DNA from: Acidobacteriota bacterium
GTDB lineage: Bacteria; Acidobacteriota; UBA890; WLXD01
Direction of reading: 5' to 3'
Assembly: GCA_965248695.1 (NCBI GenBank)
Contig: CBDFKD010000002.1
Coordinates: 2,720,001 to 2,784,000 of the forward strand
Length of the DNA: 64,000 nt
The translations under genes and the position numbers were made by a program. Shown here in pieces: positions 62,186 through 64,000 of this stretch. The notes under the pieces were generated by a model, which made no database searches, was not told the origin of the DNA, and was given only the letters and a program-made list of their open reading frames with translations. Position 1 is the stretch's first letter, and each line of letters opens with the position of its first letter.

Positions 62186-62616
62186 GACGCCCTCCGCCCA
62201 TGCCACACTATCCGGCACTCATCCGAGCAGAAGTACTGCTGTTTGCCTCTCAATACCGTGTGGCACACACCACAAAGCGGCCCCGGGGGCGCCACGGCTG
62301 CCGTGCACGGGTCTTGTGCGGGATACACGATCCAGACAGCGGCCTTGCGGCCCGAACGCGTCCTGCGCGTGTAGGTGGCCTTGAGGATCCGACCGAGCTT
62401 GTACAGCTCCAAACGCCGAGGTCTCTGTGTGGAGGGGTTCATCCTGAGTGCGTGCTGGATCTCCTCGTCGGTGGCCCCGTACGGGCAGGAGGCGATGTAG
62501 GCCAGCACCCGGGCTTGGAGCTTGCTGAGGGAATCCACGATCGCCTCGGCGGCGGCCCTGGACTCCTCGGAGTGGCGCTGGTACGGAGGGGTCGAAAACA
62601 GCGACGTTTGCGTCAT
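62182..62616 (-). CDS. Phage winged-helix protein with C-terminal zinc finger
   Basis: GATDEEI..STQRPRRLEL..TRSGRKAAVW; CGVC..FCSDEC. Confidence 0.7.
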   Translation of the reverse strand: MTQTSLFSTPPYQRHSEESRAAAEAIVDSLSKLQARVLAYIASCPYGATDEEIQHALRMNPSTQRPRRLELYKLGRILKATYTRRTRSGRKAAVWIVYPAQDPCTAAVAPPGPLCGVCHTVLRGKQQYFCSDECRIVWHGRRAS

Positions 62617-62810
62617 GCCGCTCGATCCTCCGGGTTCTGCAGCCCCTCGTGGCGCCGCAGCGCCTCCATGTACTCGGGCGATAGCTGCCCCAGCCGAAAC
62701 GGCCGGCGACGGCGAGTACGGAAGATCTCCCGGGCCGTGTGGATGCACACCGCCAGGCACCACACCGCGAAGGCGGCCAGCCCAGCGCTTACCCACCACG
62801 GGTTGCCCAT
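62613..62810 (-). CDS. Small phage membrane protein
   Basis: Single TM, coupled start and stop. Confidence 0.5.
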   Translation of the reverse strand: MGNPWWVSAGLAAFAVWCLAVCIHTAREIFRTRRRRPFRLGQLSPEYMEALRRHEGLQNPEDRAA

Positions 62811-63424
62811 TACGCCACCTCGCCGTTGAGGTATTGGAACAACCGAGTACGCTGCCAGTCGGGTTCGACACCCCTGGCGACACCCCAGGGGGCATCCCTG
62901 GTGACATCCCTGGCGGCAGCCCTGACGGCATCCATGGGAGCATCCCAGACGACGGCATCCCAGGCGGCATTCGTGGCGGCAGCCCTGGTGGCTTCCAACT
63001 CATCGCTATCCGCTTCGCCTGCGGCGAACCGCCTGGCGACCTCGATGGCTTTCCACGAACGCTTGTCCTTGCAGTCGGCGAGCTTCAGCGCTCGCTCAGT
63101 GCAGTCGCAGGCAAACAGTCGCTGGGTGCGCGCATTCCATGTCTCGACGCGCTCGACTAGTCGAGCCTTGCGGGCCACCACCTTGTCGGCGCGCTCGATG
63201 ATCCGGCCCTGGTACTCGGCGACGTACAGCTCTGGACCCGACCACTCGTCGAGCAGGTCGGTACCGCGACACAGGTGCAGTTCGTAGGGCTCTAGCTCAC
63301 CCTTGACCGCGAACCACTTCCCCGGCTTGCCGTTCTTGGGCAACCCCCACTGACCCGTACCGCCATTGCAAGGCTCACCCTCAGAGCCGGTGTACTTGTA
63401 GAGCAGATCTGGCGTGTACTTCAT
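62810..63424 (-). CDS. Phage hypothetical protein with Ala-rich AAWDA-type tail
   Basis: RLFACDCTERAL..AIEVARRFAAGEA..AAWDA. Confidence 0.7.
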   Translation of the reverse strand: MKYTPDLLYKYTGSEGEPCNGGTGQWGLPKNGKPGKWFAVKGELEPYELHLCRGTDLLDEWSGPELYVAEYQGRIIERADKVVARKARLVERVETWNARTQRLFACDCTERALKLADCKDKRSWKAIEVARRFAAGEADSDELEATRAAATNAAWDAVVWDAPMDAVRAAARDVTRDAPWGVARGVEPDWQRTRLFQYLNGEVA

Positions 63425-63966
63425 GCCCCCATCTGCCTCTCGTCGGGCCGCCAGTTCGTCGCCGCGTTGACCCTCATCGTTGACGCGGAACGCAGCAGGA
63501 TCGCCTTGAGTCGCTCGCAGCAGGACGCCCACTGTCGCCACTCTTGTATGTCGATCACGCCGTCCACGAACGCCAGCGATCCAAGCGATTCCAACGTGCC
63601 TGCCGTTTGCGTCATATCGGCAGTCATCGCGTGGCCCGAGGAGTACGGTGGCAGCGGTTCGGTCAGGTGTTGCTCGTGCAGGTACCGGGCCGGGGCCGTG
63701 GCGTAGTACCGCTCTTGCCCCAGAGCCACCGATGCCTCGATGATCAGATCCAACCTCGCCAGCGGGCTGCGCACGCCGGTGTCGGTGTGCTCGCCGACCG
63801 GCCGCTGCCACTTCTGCACCAGCGAGGCCGATAGCCCGAGATGTCGGGCTACGCCGTTGGTGTACGGGCCGATGCAATCGCGCATCGCATCCCACGGGTA
63901 GGTACCTGCCGGGTCGCGGGGTGTGTCCTGTTGGCTTGATATGGACATCGTTGTCTTCTCCGTCAT
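63421..63966 (-). CDS. CII-like phage regulatory protein
   Basis: VARHLGLSASLVQKW..SPLARL..DGVIDIQE. Confidence 0.6.
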   Translation of the reverse strand: MTEKTTMSISSQQDTPRDPAGTYPWDAMRDCIGPYTNGVARHLGLSASLVQKWQRPVGEHTDTGVRSPLARLDLIIEASVALGQERYYATAPARYLHEQHLTEPLPPYSSGHAMTADMTQTAGTLESLGSLAFVDGVIDIQEWRQWASCCERLKAILLRSASTMRVNAATNWRPDERQMGA

Positions 63967-64000
63967 CGAGCCCACCCCGACTACGGATAACGCCGCTCCG

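Noticed and set aside
62830-62995. Degenerate 12-bp repeats as a hypervariable region
   Set aside because: They simply encode the common Ala-rich AAWDA-type tail of this phage protein family

Overview
GC-rich bacterial window that is a patchwork of at least three kinds of DNA. (1) Host genes, many cut off mid-ORF: an Ig-like/Calx-beta adhesin, TonB receptor, Asp-box lipoprotein, sulfatase, beta-barrel OMP, VWA-TPR protein, epoxide hydrolase, AEC transporter, class V aminotransferase, PQQ/heme-c dehydrogenase, PhoU-Na/Pi and an ABC transporter. (2) A dense set of IS elements (IS3 x3 plus fragments, IS256 x2 nested with clear TSDs, IS6, IS21, an IS1595 fragment), a CTAG-targeting MITE, and a split DUF2924/serine-recombinase element. 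(3) Two related temperate-phage blocks: ~19.0-35.0 kb (tail, Com-like regulator, lysis, RadC, cargo array, cI/cro, xis-int stub) and 54.6-64 kb (CII-like, exonuclease/Sak4/SSB, RuvC-like, DUF1376 initiator with iterons, DnaC, pentapeptide protein, xis, int). The most unusual structure is downstream of the phage cI repressor: an array of cargo genes separated by relic copies of the 3' end of a different cI (S24 peptidase) gene, mirrored on the cro side by a duplicated cro 3' end bracketing antisense cargo. This suggests gene capture and immunity swapping that uses the regulator tails as recombination anchors. Other leads are a Com-like zinc finger followed by tandem repeats overlapping a terminator, an orphan structured non-coding element at 3.2-3.55 kb, and a phased AACAGGGAA array at the recombinase-element end. 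Many abrupt microhomology junctions and single-base frameshifts mean part of the mosaicism could be an assembly or amplification artefact. All product calls come from motif recognition, not database searches.
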